Of a stretch of DNA of 63,133 nucleotides, positions 9,973 to 18,496 are shown in pieces (position 1 is the stretch's first letter; each line of letters opens with the position of its first letter). Both the position numbers and the translations under genes were made by a program. The notes beneath the pieces were generated by a model that was given only the letters and a program-made list of their open reading frames with translations, ran no database searches and was not told the origin of the DNA. The stretch is from Candidatus Peribacteria bacterium. Its GTDB lineage: Bacteria > Patescibacteriota > Gracilibacteria > Peribacterales > Peribacteraceae. The stretch is from the NCBI GenBank assembly GCA_943357915.1, contig CALRGQ010000001.1:72816-135948 (forward strand). Direction: 5' to 3'.

Positions 9973-11346
9973 CTACCCCTTACAGATGATGCGTTCTACT
10001 TTTCCTGTTACTTTCCATCCCTCAAACGGCGTCCAGCCGCACTTGCTTTTCAGGTTTTTTCCTTCAAGAACCCACTCGGTATTCGGATCTATGATGACAA
10101 TGCGGGCTGGTTTCTTCTCTTTAATGTCGTGTGCGCCGAGAGAGAAGATGCGGTTTGGGTTCGCGAAACAGAGTCGGACGATATCAGAGAAGGTTAGTGG
10201 GTAGTGGTTAGTGGGTAGTGGGTAGTTTGGATGAGGGAATTTTTTCGCAGTACAGGAAAGTAGCAGTGGCAGCATGGTCTCGACACCCGGAACGCCGCTG
10301 GGTGCAGAGAGGGGATCACCGGTTTTCTTCTCCTCCAGCGTGTGTGGCGCATGGTCCGTTGCGATGCAGTCTACGGTTCCGTCTGCGATGCCAGCCCATA
10401 GTGCATCACGATCTTCAGGCGTGCGTAGTGGCGGATTCATTTTTCCTAGGGTGCCTAATGTTGGGTAATCATCGACGGTGAGAAACAAGTGATGGGGCGC
10501 GACTTCGCACGTGATCGGCAGGTTTTCTTTCTTGGCTGCACGAACGAGAGCTAAGCCTTTAGACGTCGAAAGATGGGCGATATGGAGTGCCGCTCCGGTT
10601 TTCTTGGCCATTGCAATGGCTTCACGGATCGACTTCTCTTCGGATTCGGGGGGACGCATGGCGGAGTGTGCACTGACTGATAGAGAGACGTGCGCGCCTC
10701 TCGGCAATGAGCTCGAGGCCGAATGGCCGCTCGTCTCTACGGCTTTTTTTGCCGCCGCATTCATCTCCGAGTCTTCACAGTGTGCGATGAGGGGAATTTT
10801 TAATTCTGCGCAGGCTGTAAAAATCTCTTCGAGAATGCCACCATCTACTTTTTGGTCACCGGTTGAATGATCCAAATACAACTTTACGCCGCAGCAATGA
10901 TGCTTGAGTCGCTTGAGTTCCATAGATTCACCCGTCCAGAGATCTCGAAGTGTCTGGAGATGAATCGCTTCGGTCACGCCAAAATAAAATCGTAGATCAC
11001 ACTGATCAACACTTGCGGCTCTGCGTACTTTGTCAGCAAGTGCTGCAACGGTGACAGTTGGCGGGATCGTATTTGGCATTTCACAGACCAGACCAATGCC
11101 TCCAGCTAGTGCCGAAGCTGCTTCAGTTTCCATCGTTGCCTTGTGCTCCAGCCCTGGTTCGCGGAAGTGGACGTGACAGTCGATCAGGAGCGGAAACAAG
11201 AGCTTGCCTGAACAATCTACGATCTCAGCATCTTTATGATCAGCTCCTGGTTTGATTTGTTCGATCTCACCCGTAATGCCAATGAGCACGTCGGTTTTCT
11301 TTCCGGTTTCAGCCAATGTTCCGCCGCGGAGAAGGGTTTTTTTCAT
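9973..11346 (-). CDS. pyrC: Dihydroorotase
   Basis: DCHVHFREPG, EMPNT, CEVAPHHL, KMNPPLR, ATDHAPH and SKCGWTPFEG motifs; clustered with pyrB. Confidence 0.95.
   Translation of the reverse strand: MKKTLLRGGTLAETGKKTDVLIGITGEIEQIKPGADHKDAEIVDCSGKLLFPLLIDCHVHFREPGLEHKATMETEAASALAGGIGLVCEMPNTIPPTVTVAALADKVRRAASVDQCDLRFYFGVTEAIHLQTLRDLWTGESMELKRLKHHCCGVKLYLDHSTGDQKVDGGILEEIFTACAELKIPLIAHCEDSEMNAAAKKAVETSGHSASSSLPRGAHVSLSVSAHSAMRPPESEEKSIREAIAMAKKTGAALHIAHLSTSKGLALVRAAKKENLPITCEVAPHHLFLTVDDYPTLGTLGKMNPPLRTPEDRDALWAGIADGTVDCIATDHAPHTLEEKKTGDPLSAPSGVPGVETMLPLLLSCTAKKFPHPNYPLPTNHYPLTFSDIVRLCFANPNRIFSLGAHDIKEKKPARIVIIDPNTEWVLEGKNLKSKCGWTPFEGWKVTGKVERIICKG
10192..10226. repeat. Heptamer tandem repeat GG(T/G)TAGT x5 inside pyrC
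   Basis: ggttagt gggtagt ggttagt gggtagt gggtagt, encoding the low-complexity insert NYPLPTNHYPLT. Confidence 0.85.
10684..10740 (-). repeat. GTAG-type REP-like palindrome with a nested second palindrome, in frame in pyrC
   Basis: Minus strand reads GTAGAGACGAGCGGC[30 nt]GCGCACGTCTCT. The outer parts match the intergenic copies at 34854 and 35407. Confidence 0.8.
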
Positions 11347-11435
11347 AGAGACCAGGAAGCGCCATCAGCATGCCATGGAATCGTTTCTTTGTCCCATGTA
11401 CTTGGATTACTCTCGATACTTTTTCTTATCCAACG

Positions 11436-12158
11436 TCATGAAAACAGTAATCGTACGGCTCCTGCGAGAATTACCACAAGTTGCATATCTTCAAAGATTG
11501 CGACACTCACGTACGTCAGGAGTTTTTTGCCGATCCATACGCTTAACATGAGGCCGGGGATAGACATGGCCAGCAAGATCAATGCCGGAGGATCCCATGG
11601 CAGGTTTGGCACGTACGCTGCGAGTTTTCCGAGGTTCATGAGGAATGAAATCATGGTCGACGTGCCGATGAATCCTTCTTTCGTGAGACCCATCGATAGC
11701 AGCGCCGATCCGCGCATCATTGACGCATTACCTGTGAGTCCGCCGATGAACCCATTGCTCGCACCGACAACAAAAAGCGTCCCCGGACCAGTTCCCAGTT
11801 TCGGTGTCGATTTTTTGAACCTGAGGATGACGAACACAATGCACGATCCAGCGAGCAAGAGTTCTGGGATCCGTGGCGACACAATGAAGAGCAGCAGGCC
11901 GCCTACAAAACTCATAGGGATTCCTCCGAGTACGTACCACTTCACTGCATCCCAGCGAATGAACCTATGGAAGTACGAGATCTTCGCAACCTGGATACCG
12001 GTCATGAGAACCGCTGTGAATGCTATGTTCGTGCGGATATCCAAGAAGAAACTTCCAAGTACGATCGTCATGATGCCGAGACCGCCACCACTCATCGTGG
12101 AAAACACGCCGCCGACCAGGAGAAGGACGGCGTAAAGGATCATCATGTCGTAGGTCAT
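11436..12158 (-). CDS. TSUP (TauE/SafE) family membrane transporter
   Basis: 240 aa, highly hydrophobic, with GGVFSTMSGGGLG and GFIGGLTG repeat motifs. Overlaps the pyrB stop. Confidence 0.85.
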   Translation of the reverse strand: MTYDMMILYAVLLLVGGVFSTMSGGGLGIMTIVLGSFFLDIRTNIAFTAVLMTGIQVAKISYFHRFIRWDAVKWYVLGGIPMSFVGGLLLFIVSPRIPELLLAGSCIVFVILRFKKSTPKLGTGPGTLFVVGASNGFIGGLTGNASMMRGSALLSMGLTKEGFIGTSTMISFLMNLGKLAAYVPNLPWDPPALILLAMSIPGLMLSVWIGKKLLTYVSVAIFEDMQLVVILAGAVRLLFS

Positions 12159-13072
12159 GCTTTTCCTAGTAACATCGCCAAAAGCGCCATCCGCACGGGT
12201 ACGCCGTTTCCGGCCTGGCGGAAATATGCGGCGTTTGGGAGTGCATCCACGTCGGTTGAAATCTCTCCCACACGCGGTAGCGGATGCATGACGGTAACTT
12301 TTTTATCTTTCAGATGTTTGGCAGAAAGAATGTATTTGAGCTTCAGGCGTTCGTACTCGCTTTTGTCAGCGAACCGTTCCTGTTGTACACGCGTCATATA
12401 CAGAATATCAGCGTCCAATCCTGCAGCGATGTCATCGTGCTCTTCGTACGAGATATTTTTTTCTTTGAAGAAACTTGTTACTTTTTCTGGCATCGTGAGT
12501 TCCTGCGGCGAGATGAGTGTGAAGCTGATATTGTTGTAGAGCCCAAGAAGATACGACAGCGAGTGCACGGTGCGGCCGTACCGCAGGTCACCGACCATTG
12601 CGATTTTTAGACTATCCACTTTTCCCATTTCATCATTGATCGTATACAGATCCAAAAGTGCTTGTGTAGGGTGTTGGCCTGGGCCATCACCAGCGTTGAT
12701 GAATGGCACCTTACTTGCTGATGCCGCTTTTTCAGCGCTGCCTTGGTCAGGATGACGCATCGCGATGATGTCTGCATATTGGCCGACCATTTCCATCGTG
12801 TCTTCGATCGTCTCGCCTTTGTAGAGCGAGCTAAACTGAATCCCTTCTGCTGTGAGGACATCACCACCGAGCCGGAGCATCGCAGTTTCAAAGCTCAGGC
12901 GTGTTCTGGTGCTTGGTTCGTAGAACAGTGATGCGAGGACTTTGCCTTTCAGTAGATCGCTCTTTCCTTTGGTTCGGACTGTTTGCATCTCAGCTGCAAC
13001 CCGAAGAATCTCCTCCGTATCAACTCTAGTAAGTTGTTTGGTAGAAGTGAGGTGCTTGAAGGGGAGTGGCAT
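12155..13072 (-). CDS. pyrB: Aspartate carbamoyltransferase catalytic subunit
   Basis: FYEPSTRTRLSFE, HPTQALLD, GDLRYGRTVHSL and MHPLPR motifs. Confidence 0.97.
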   Translation of the reverse strand: MPLPFKHLTSTKQLTRVDTEEILRVAAEMQTVRTKGKSDLLKGKVLASLFYEPSTRTRLSFETAMLRLGGDVLTAEGIQFSSLYKGETIEDTMEMVGQYADIIAMRHPDQGSAEKAASASKVPFINAGDGPGQHPTQALLDLYTINDEMGKVDSLKIAMVGDLRYGRTVHSLSYLLGLYNNISFTLISPQELTMPEKVTSFFKEKNISYEEHDDIAAGLDADILYMTRVQQERFADKSEYERLKLKYILSAKHLKDKKVTVMHPLPRVGEISTDVDALPNAAYFRQAGNGVPVRMALLAMLLGKA

Positions 13073-13105
13073 TCTGGATGCAGAGTATACGTGGTGCCAT
13101 GACTC

Positions 13106-13133
13106 TTGACAAGTATTTATAAAATTTTATAAT
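13106..13133 (+). promoter_or_regulatory. Consensus sigma70 promoter
   Basis: TTGACA (13106-13111), 16 nt spacer, TATAAT (13128-13133). Confidence 0.75.
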
Positions 13134-13139
13134 AAAATT

Positions 13140-13232
13140 GCAGCTAACAATGGCTGCCTTTATTCCCCCGACCAGTCCTACCGGGCGCTGGGTCTCTGTT
13201 GACCTTTTTCCAACAGAGGCAGGGGGCTTTTT
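13140..13232 (+). ncRNA. Candidate structured small RNA or 5' leader
   Basis: Follows the consensus promoter. Stems GCAGC/GCTGC, CTCTGTTG/CAACAGAG and CCCCC/GGGGG, then T5. No family recognised. Confidence 0.45.
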
Positions 13233-13257
13233 CGTTGAGCCTGCTATTCTCTCTGCG

Positions 13258-14751
13258 ATGTCGCACCGACAGATTGCTTCTTCCACGCTGTGGCAAATCG
13301 CTAGTCAGGCCACGATGGCTCTGCTCTCCGCGGTGTCTGTCAAATTTGTGGCGATGGGACTCAGTCAAGAACTCGCTGGTTCGTATAACTCTGCCTATGG
13401 CTACTTACAACTCTTTGCGATTCTTGCCGATTTTGGGTTGTATGCCGTCTCCGTTCGTGAAGTAAGTGCTGCGAAAGATAAAGAGAAAGTGTTGGGCGGG
13501 CTGATTGTTCTTCGGTCTGTGATCACGGTTCTATCACTTGGTTTTGCAGTGCTCATTGCATGGTTTGTTCCTGCATGGCGCGGGACACCTCTTCCCGTTG
13601 GCATCACGATTGCGGCATTCGTGCCGTTTTTCACACTGCTGGCAGGAGTGTTGCGTACAGTGTTCCAAGTCACATTCATGATGCACTACGTTTTCATTGC
13701 CGAGGTATTGCAGCGGATACTCACGGCCGGACTCATGGCGCTGATTATTGTTTCCGGTATTCGTCTGAGCACTGACCAGTATGTCTACGAGTGGTTTCTG
13801 TGGATCGGAGCTTTTGGTGCGGTGTTGCTTTTCATACTGTCATGTACATTCGCGCTGCGGCTCATGCGTGTCCGTCCAACATTTGACCGCGTTCTGTTGA
13901 TGCGCATGCTTAGAGCGTCAGCGCCGTACGGTGTAGCGTTTTTGTGTATCGCACTGTATCGGCAGTTTGATCTTACGATGATCGCGATTTTACGGGATGA
14001 TTTTCGGTTACAAAATGCAGTCTACGGCTTTGCATCACGTGTCACCGAAATGACGTACCTGCTGCCCACATTTCTTCTGAACTCTACGTTGCCCGTCTTA
14101 AGTGATCGCTCCGCACGAGGAGAACCAACGGAGCGTTTACTAGGAAAAACATTACTTCTTGTCCTTATCTTCGGGTCTGCGTCTGCCCTCTTCTCGTTCT
14201 TCTGGGCCACTCCCATCATGAGTGTCCTCACGACTCCTGAATATCTTGAAACCGCAGGAATTCCAGGATCAGACACAGCTCTTTCACTCCTCGCTGCGCC
14301 AATGTTTTTAAACGGCATCGTTCTCTTCAGTTTCTACACACTCCTCACAAAGCACGAGTGGAAGCCGCTGGTGCTTTTCATGATCGGTGCTGTGATGATT
14401 TCGATCACACTCAACCTGTATTGGATTCCATCACTCGGATTCATTGGCGCAATCAAAACATCAACAATTGTTCATCTGTTTTTATGTCTAACGCTGTTCC
14501 CCTGCGCTATTCGTTCGATGCCAGTCTCACTTCCTCTTGGCCAGATTATTCGCTGGTTACTCTTTTCTCTTTTTCTCGGAACCTGTCTTTTCTTCACAGC
14601 TCAGTTTCTGACGAGTGTTTCCTGGAGCGTTCTCGGCTTGGCGCTTGGCGCAGTGTGTACAGGCTTACTAGGATACATTCTTGGTTTTCACAAAGTGTTT
14701 GCTTTTTCTACGCCGGCAGGAGAGCTCCCTGTGCCATCGATGGCAGATTGA
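13258..14751 (+). CDS. Oligosaccharide flippase (Wzx/MOP superfamily)
   Basis: Multi-TM protein with ILADFGL...VRE motif. Start placed at MSHRQIA, 7 nt after TGCTATTCT. Confidence 0.88.
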   Translation: MSHRQIASSTLWQIASQATMALLSAVSVKFVAMGLSQELAGSYNSAYGYLQLFAILADFGLYAVSVREVSAAKDKEKVLGGLIVLRSVITVLSLGFAVLIAWFVPAWRGTPLPVGITIAAFVPFFTLLAGVLRTVFQVTFMMHYVFIAEVLQRILTAGLMALIIVSGIRLSTDQYVYEWFLWIGAFGAVLLFILSCTFALRLMRVRPTFDRVLLMRMLRASAPYGVAFLCIALYRQFDLTMIAILRDDFRLQNAVYGFASRVTEMTYLLPTFLLNSTLPVLSDRSARGEPTERLLGKTLLLVLIFGSASALFSFFWATPIMSVLTTPEYLETAGIPGSDTALSLLAAPMFLNGIVLFSFYTLLTKHEWKPLVLFMIGAVMISITLNLYWIPSLGFIGAIKTSTIVHLFLCLTLFPCAIRSMPVSLPLGQIIRWLLFSLFLGTCLFFTAQFLTSVSWSVLGLALGAVCTGLLGYILGFHKVFAFSTPAGELPVPSMAD

Positions 14752-14782
14752 AAAAAAGCCTGTTTTCAGGTATAATACTTCG

Positions 14783-15376
14783 ATGCCAAACATTCACACA
14801 TCAAATATGTCGAAACAGTTTCTTGGTGCCTTCGCCGGTATGACAATCGCCGTAGGTGTCTATTTCGTCGTCAACCAAGTCTCTGATGTCAGAGGTCTTT
14901 TGGTTTCTACCAAGACAATCTCGACGTCGACAGACGTGAGCATTAATGCAAAAGACGTTGATGATTCCACGTTTCGCAGGATCCAGTCTCGTGCTCAGAC
15001 TGTCGCGGACGCACTCAAGAATAGTGAGACCACTGCGCCAGCCGAAACGCCGCTTACCAACCTTGCGTCATCTCGTAGAGCTGCTCGGCAATTTGCAGTT
15101 GAGCTCAAACAACTGGCAGCGAACGCCGAGACGTACGAGAACAAGCCAAACATTGAGGTCACACAGCGTGAACGTCTGGCACTCCGCACGGAGCGCGTCG
15201 CAGAGGTGCAGATGCATCAGGGTGCGGGGCCAGCACCACGTGACACGAATCTTCCAAGCTCAGGACTCGGGCTTAATCTCTTAGTACTGATAACACTCGC
15301 TATCGCTTTTGTGACATCAAAGACGACGTGGCGTACTCGGTGTGCTTCCATCCTGTCAGAGCTGCGGATAGGATAG
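14783..15376 (+). CDS. Exported/membrane protein with LPxTG-like C-terminal signal (LPSSG)
   Basis: N-terminal hydrophobic segment; C-terminal LPSSG, hydrophobic helix and basic residues. TTGAAA-17-TATAAT ends 6 nt before the ATG. Confidence 0.7.
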   Translation: MPNIHTSNMSKQFLGAFAGMTIAVGVYFVVNQVSDVRGLLVSTKTISTSTDVSINAKDVDDSTFRRIQSRAQTVADALKNSETTAPAETPLTNLASSRRAARQFAVELKQLAANAETYENKPNIEVTQRERLALRTERVAEVQMHQGAGPAPRDTNLPSSGLGLNLLVLITLAIAFVTSKTTWRTRCASILSELRIG

Positions 15377-15381
15377 ACGCC

Positions 15382-16128
15382 ATGACGCTTGGAATCGTAC
15401 TTTTCACACTCTCCGGACTTGTTTTCGGCAGTTTTGGTAACGTGCTTCTGTACCGCGTTCATGCCAATAAGCCGATCACCGGTCGTTCAGCGTGTCCCTC
15501 CTGCCATCGGATATTGCGGTGGTTTGAACTGTTTCCAGTTCTCAGCTTCATCGTTCTTCGTGGGAAATGTGGACGGTGTCATCATAAAATTTCCGTCCAG
15601 TATCCACTTGTTGAACTTGGTTCAGCGTTGCTTTTTCTCTTCGCATTTCTTCTTCACTCATCAGATCCCGCAGCCGCACTTGTGACGGCGTTTATTTTGT
15701 ATTTCCTGTTTCTTGCCTGCGTCTTTGATGCTTTGTATCAGCAAATCCCGGATGTCTTCACCATCTTGATTGCACTACTTGCACTCGTTTCAGTTATTCT
15801 GAGCGACAATATTGTCTCGGCGGGGCTTGGCGCCGCACTCATGCTCGCATGGTTTGGAGGCCAGTGGGTCATCAGCCGCGGCAGAGCAGTCGGTACCGGT
15901 GATATTTTTCTGACGGCAGCGTTAGGTGTGTGGCTTGGTCTTTTAGACACAGTGATGATGATTGTTTTCAGTTATATGGCTGGTGCGATTGTTATCGTCG
16001 GACTGATGCTGCTGAAGAGAATCGGAAAAAAACAGCAGAAAATTGCATTCGTTCCTTTTTTAGGAATGGGAGTACTCATTACATTGCTAGGTCTAGGAGA
16101 TGTGTATCTCAGAGCGGTTGGGTTTTGA
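15382..16128 (+). CDS. pilD: Prepilin peptidase (A24)
   Basis: GSFGNV..YR, RSACPSC, GKCGRC, ISVQYPLVE, D..YQQIPD, GTGD and AFVPFL motifs. Confidence 0.92.
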   Translation: MTLGIVLFTLSGLVFGSFGNVLLYRVHANKPITGRSACPSCHRILRWFELFPVLSFIVLRGKCGRCHHKISVQYPLVELGSALLFLFAFLLHSSDPAAALVTAFILYFLFLACVFDALYQQIPDVFTILIALLALVSVILSDNIVSAGLGAALMLAWFGGQWVISRGRAVGTGDIFLTAALGVWLGLLDTVMMIVFSYMAGAIVIVGLMLLKRIGKKQQKIAFVPFLGMGVLITLLGLGDVYLRAVGF

Positions 16129-16134
16129 TCTAAC

Positions 16135-16287
16135 AAAAGTAGAGGCTTCGCTGCCCTACCGACGTTCGGAATGTGGGTTCTGCCAGCACGGCAGCGAAGC
16201 CTCAGATAGTGACCAACGAGATCGCTGCGGCAGCCCACGTGGGGCGCGCCCTTCCCGCGGGTGCGGGAAGAAATCTGAATGTTGGCT
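16135..16287 (-). ncRNA. Candidate structured small RNA (about 150 nt), divergent from smpB
   Basis: Minus-strand promoter TTGACA-17-TAATAT; several stems; terminal perfect 14 bp stem (16142-16155 with 16190-16203) followed by TACTTTT. No ATG in the transcript. Confidence 0.55.
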
Positions 16288-16293
16288 ATTCTT

Positions 16294-16322
16294 ATATTAG
16301 ACATATATTGTCGATATGTCAA
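16294..16322 (-). promoter_or_regulatory. Near-consensus sigma70 promoter
   Basis: TTGACA (16322-16317), 17 nt spacer, TAATAT (16299-16294). Confidence 0.65.
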
Positions 16323-16379
16323 ACATGCTTTCCATGCTTCAGAAAGCCATTTTCCTATGATGCTGCTATGCTTCTGGCT

Positions 16380-16820
16380 ATGAAAATTGTTGCGAAGAAT
16401 AAGCGGGCTACCTTTGATTACGAGATCCTTGAAACGGTGGAGGCCGGCATCATGCTCACGGGGCCTGAGGTGAAGTCCTGCCGCATGGGCCAGATAAGCC
16501 TGCTTGGTAGTTACATTTCGTTCTTTGGCGGCAAGCCGATACTGAAACAAGCCAAGATCAGTCCCTACAAATATGCAGGTCCGATGCCGGACTATGACCC
16601 CGGTCATGACCGCGAGCTTCTGCTCAGGAAAAATCAGGCAGCCAAGCTGGAAGCAGCACAGTCTGAAAAAGGCATCAGCATTATTCCGCTGGAGGTCAGT
16701 GCGGGAAAATTTATTAAAGTTATGATCGGTATAGGCAAAGGACGCAAACGATTTGATAAACGACAGAAGATTAAAGAGCGAGACGTTGGCCGCAAAATGC
16801 GGGAGGGGCGGGAAGTGTAA
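16380..16820 (+). CDS. smpB: SsrA-binding protein
   Basis: NKRATFDYEILETVEAGIMLTGPEVKS, RELLL and GKGRKRFDKRQKIKERD motifs. Start 7 nt after TGCTATGCT. Confidence 0.96.
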   Translation: MKIVAKNKRATFDYEILETVEAGIMLTGPEVKSCRMGQISLLGSYISFFGGKPILKQAKISPYKYAGPMPDYDPGHDRELLLRKNQAAKLEAAQSEKGISIIPLEVSAGKFIKVMIGIGKGRKRFDKRQKIKERDVGRKMREGREV

Positions 16821-16874
16821 AAATCACCGTACGTTCGCGTGACGAATCACTGACACCAATCTATCCTCCGGTGC

Positions 16875-17471
16875 GTGTCTCTTCTCCCTCCGCAAATCCA
16901 AAAGGCCATCGAGGAGTTTAGTAAACTCCCGGGCATCGGCCCCAAGTCCGCAGAACGGATGACGTTTCATTTACTGCGGTCCAGTAAAGCGACGCCGGAA
17001 GGCCTAGGGAATGCACTGATCGCACTGAAGCGTGATCTGAAGTATTGCAAAACATGTCAGATGATTTCTCTGAACGAAGAATGTTCGATTTGTGGTGACA
17101 GATCTCGTGATGCAACGCAGATTTTGGTCGTCGAGGAACCACTGGAAGTCGTCGCGTTTGAGAAAGCTGGATACAAAGGTCTGTATCACGTGCTGCATGG
17201 CGTGCTCTCACCGATTGATGGCATGGGACCTGAGCAGCTGAAGCTTAAAGAGTTGGTCGAGCGTTGCAAAACCGGCGAGATCGCAGAAGTTATCGTGGCG
17301 ACGAACTTAGATACCGAAGGTGAAGCCACAGCGGCGTACATTAAGCAGCAAGTAACGCCGAATGTGCAGAAAATTACTCGGCTCGCGCACGGTCTTCCTA
17401 TGGGTGCAGACATTGAGTTCGCGGATCAGGTCACGCTCAGAGAGGCGATTGCGGGGCGGAGGAGTGCTTAG
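16875..17471 (+). CDS. recR: Recombination mediator RecR
   Basis: LPGIGPKSAER HhH motif, C4 zinc finger, YHVLHG, EGEATA and ITRLAHGLPMG motifs. Confidence 0.97.
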   Translation: MSLLPPQIQKAIEEFSKLPGIGPKSAERMTFHLLRSSKATPEGLGNALIALKRDLKYCKTCQMISLNEECSICGDRSRDATQILVVEEPLEVVAFEKAGYKGLYHVLHGVLSPIDGMGPEQLKLKELVERCKTGEIAEVIVATNLDTEGEATAAYIKQQVTPNVQKITRLAHGLPMGADIEFADQVTLREAIAGRRSA

Positions 17472-18406
17472 AGTTTTTCCTGTACGAGCTTGATCGCATC
17501 ACCGATTCTTGGTTCACCGAGTGATCGCCAGCCAGATGAGGCCATACGTTCGTGTGCCGTCTGATCTGGTACCCACTTCACCACAACGTCGATGCCTCCG
17601 CCGTTTTGGTAGATACTAGAAACGCCGGGGTTTGCTTCGCCGAGAGACTGGGCGATTTCGAGCGGACCCGTCGGATGTGCGTGACCGTTGTGAGTGAGAA
17701 GCAGGTGCACACAGTTACGGCTATTGCCGGATTGTGATGCGATGCGGGCGATCTGTTCCCACTGTGACTCCGCGTTGTCGACACGCGTGATGACGTTACC
17801 GAAACGGTCAACGTACGCGACATGCCAGTCTGTGCGTGGATCGGGAATGTCCGAGATATTTGCATCCCGGAGCTCGAGCTTGTGATTGGGATTGAGAAGC
17901 CGAGGAGTAAGGCGGGAACGGAATTGTTCACGGCCGGTGTAAAGACCATTGAAGCCAGTGGGGTCGCTTGGGTTATCGAGATATTGAAGAGTTTCGATGT
18001 CGCCTTTGATCGCAGAAAGCCCTGAGAGAGGCGTCGAGACAATGTGGATATTTCCTTCTCTTGCAGTTGCGAGATAGAAAGGCTGGGCGTTGTTGCGTGC
18101 CACGCGTGGCGCGCTGTTGATGAAAACACCTGTACCACCTTTTATCGCAAAGTCGCGTTCTTCGTCAGACAAGTCTACGCGCCTCATCAGTTCGTCATGT
18201 TGTGAAACAACGAGTCTTAAAATGTGATCGGCGAGCGCTTCCTGGCCGAAAATGTCGAACTCGCGGTGAATGCGGTCTGTCGGTCGTCCGCCGAAATCGG
18301 TTGAGATCAAGACATCGGAATCTGGCTGTGTCAGGGGATTCGGTGGATCTTCCGGGCCTCCGTAGGTATCGGAGAGATAATAGGTGCGGAGAGGAGCATT
18401 TTGCAT
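17468..18406 (-). CDS. Divergent SAM hydroxide adenosyltransferase / DUF62 (chlorinase-fluorinase superfamily) protein
   Basis: ISTDFG (compare LTDFG), NSAPR, QFRSR (compare TFHGRD) and AYVDRFGNVIT (compare YIDxFGNxxT). Confidence 0.7.
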   Translation of the reverse strand: MQNAPLRTYYLSDTYGGPEDPPNPLTQPDSDVLISTDFGGRPTDRIHREFDIFGQEALADHILRLVVSQHDELMRRVDLSDEERDFAIKGGTGVFINSAPRVARNNAQPFYLATAREGNIHIVSTPLSGLSAIKGDIETLQYLDNPSDPTGFNGLYTGREQFRSRLTPRLLNPNHKLELRDANISDIPDPRTDWHVAYVDRFGNVITRVDNAESQWEQIARIASQSGNSRNCVHLLLTHNGHAHPTGPLEIAQSLGEANPGVSSIYQNGGGIDVVVKWVPDQTAHERMASSGWRSLGEPRIGDAIKLVQEKL

Positions 18407-18450
18407 GGTGGAAGTGGGAATTAGAGATGAGAAAGTGATATACGATCATA

Positions 18451-18476
18451 AGAAAAGTTCTCGCGATCTGCGCGAG
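18451..18476 (-). terminator. Attenuator hairpin of Met leader A1
   Basis: CTCGCG-CAGAT-CGCGAG then AACTTTTCT. The 5' arm can alternatively pair with leader segment 18514-18520. Confidence 0.6.
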
Positions 18477-18496
18477 TGGTGAGCTTGGTCGCGTGC

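Noticed and set aside
11236-12135. Long antisense ORFs (for example 11236-12135, 29940-30659, 33585-34355, 15972-16607)
   Set aside because: They are shadows of well-supported genes on the other strand, with no motifs or start signals.
13073-13257. PyrR-binding attenuator for pyrB
   Set aside because: No AGUCCNGNGAGGYU-type loop on the pyrB strand. pyrB has a -10 hexamer 11 nt before its ATG, and the structured element has promoter and U tract on the opposite strand.
16135-16290. tmRNA (ssrA) next to smpB
   Set aside because: Too short, with no GGGG 5' end, no T-arm/CCA 3' end and no tag reading frame on either strand.
17468-18406. Fluorinase/chlorinase (halogenase) activity
   Set aside because: Only superfamily-level motifs are visible. 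There is no halometabolite gene context, and the Met-leader context favours SAM hydrolysis. Activity cannot be assigned from sequence alone.
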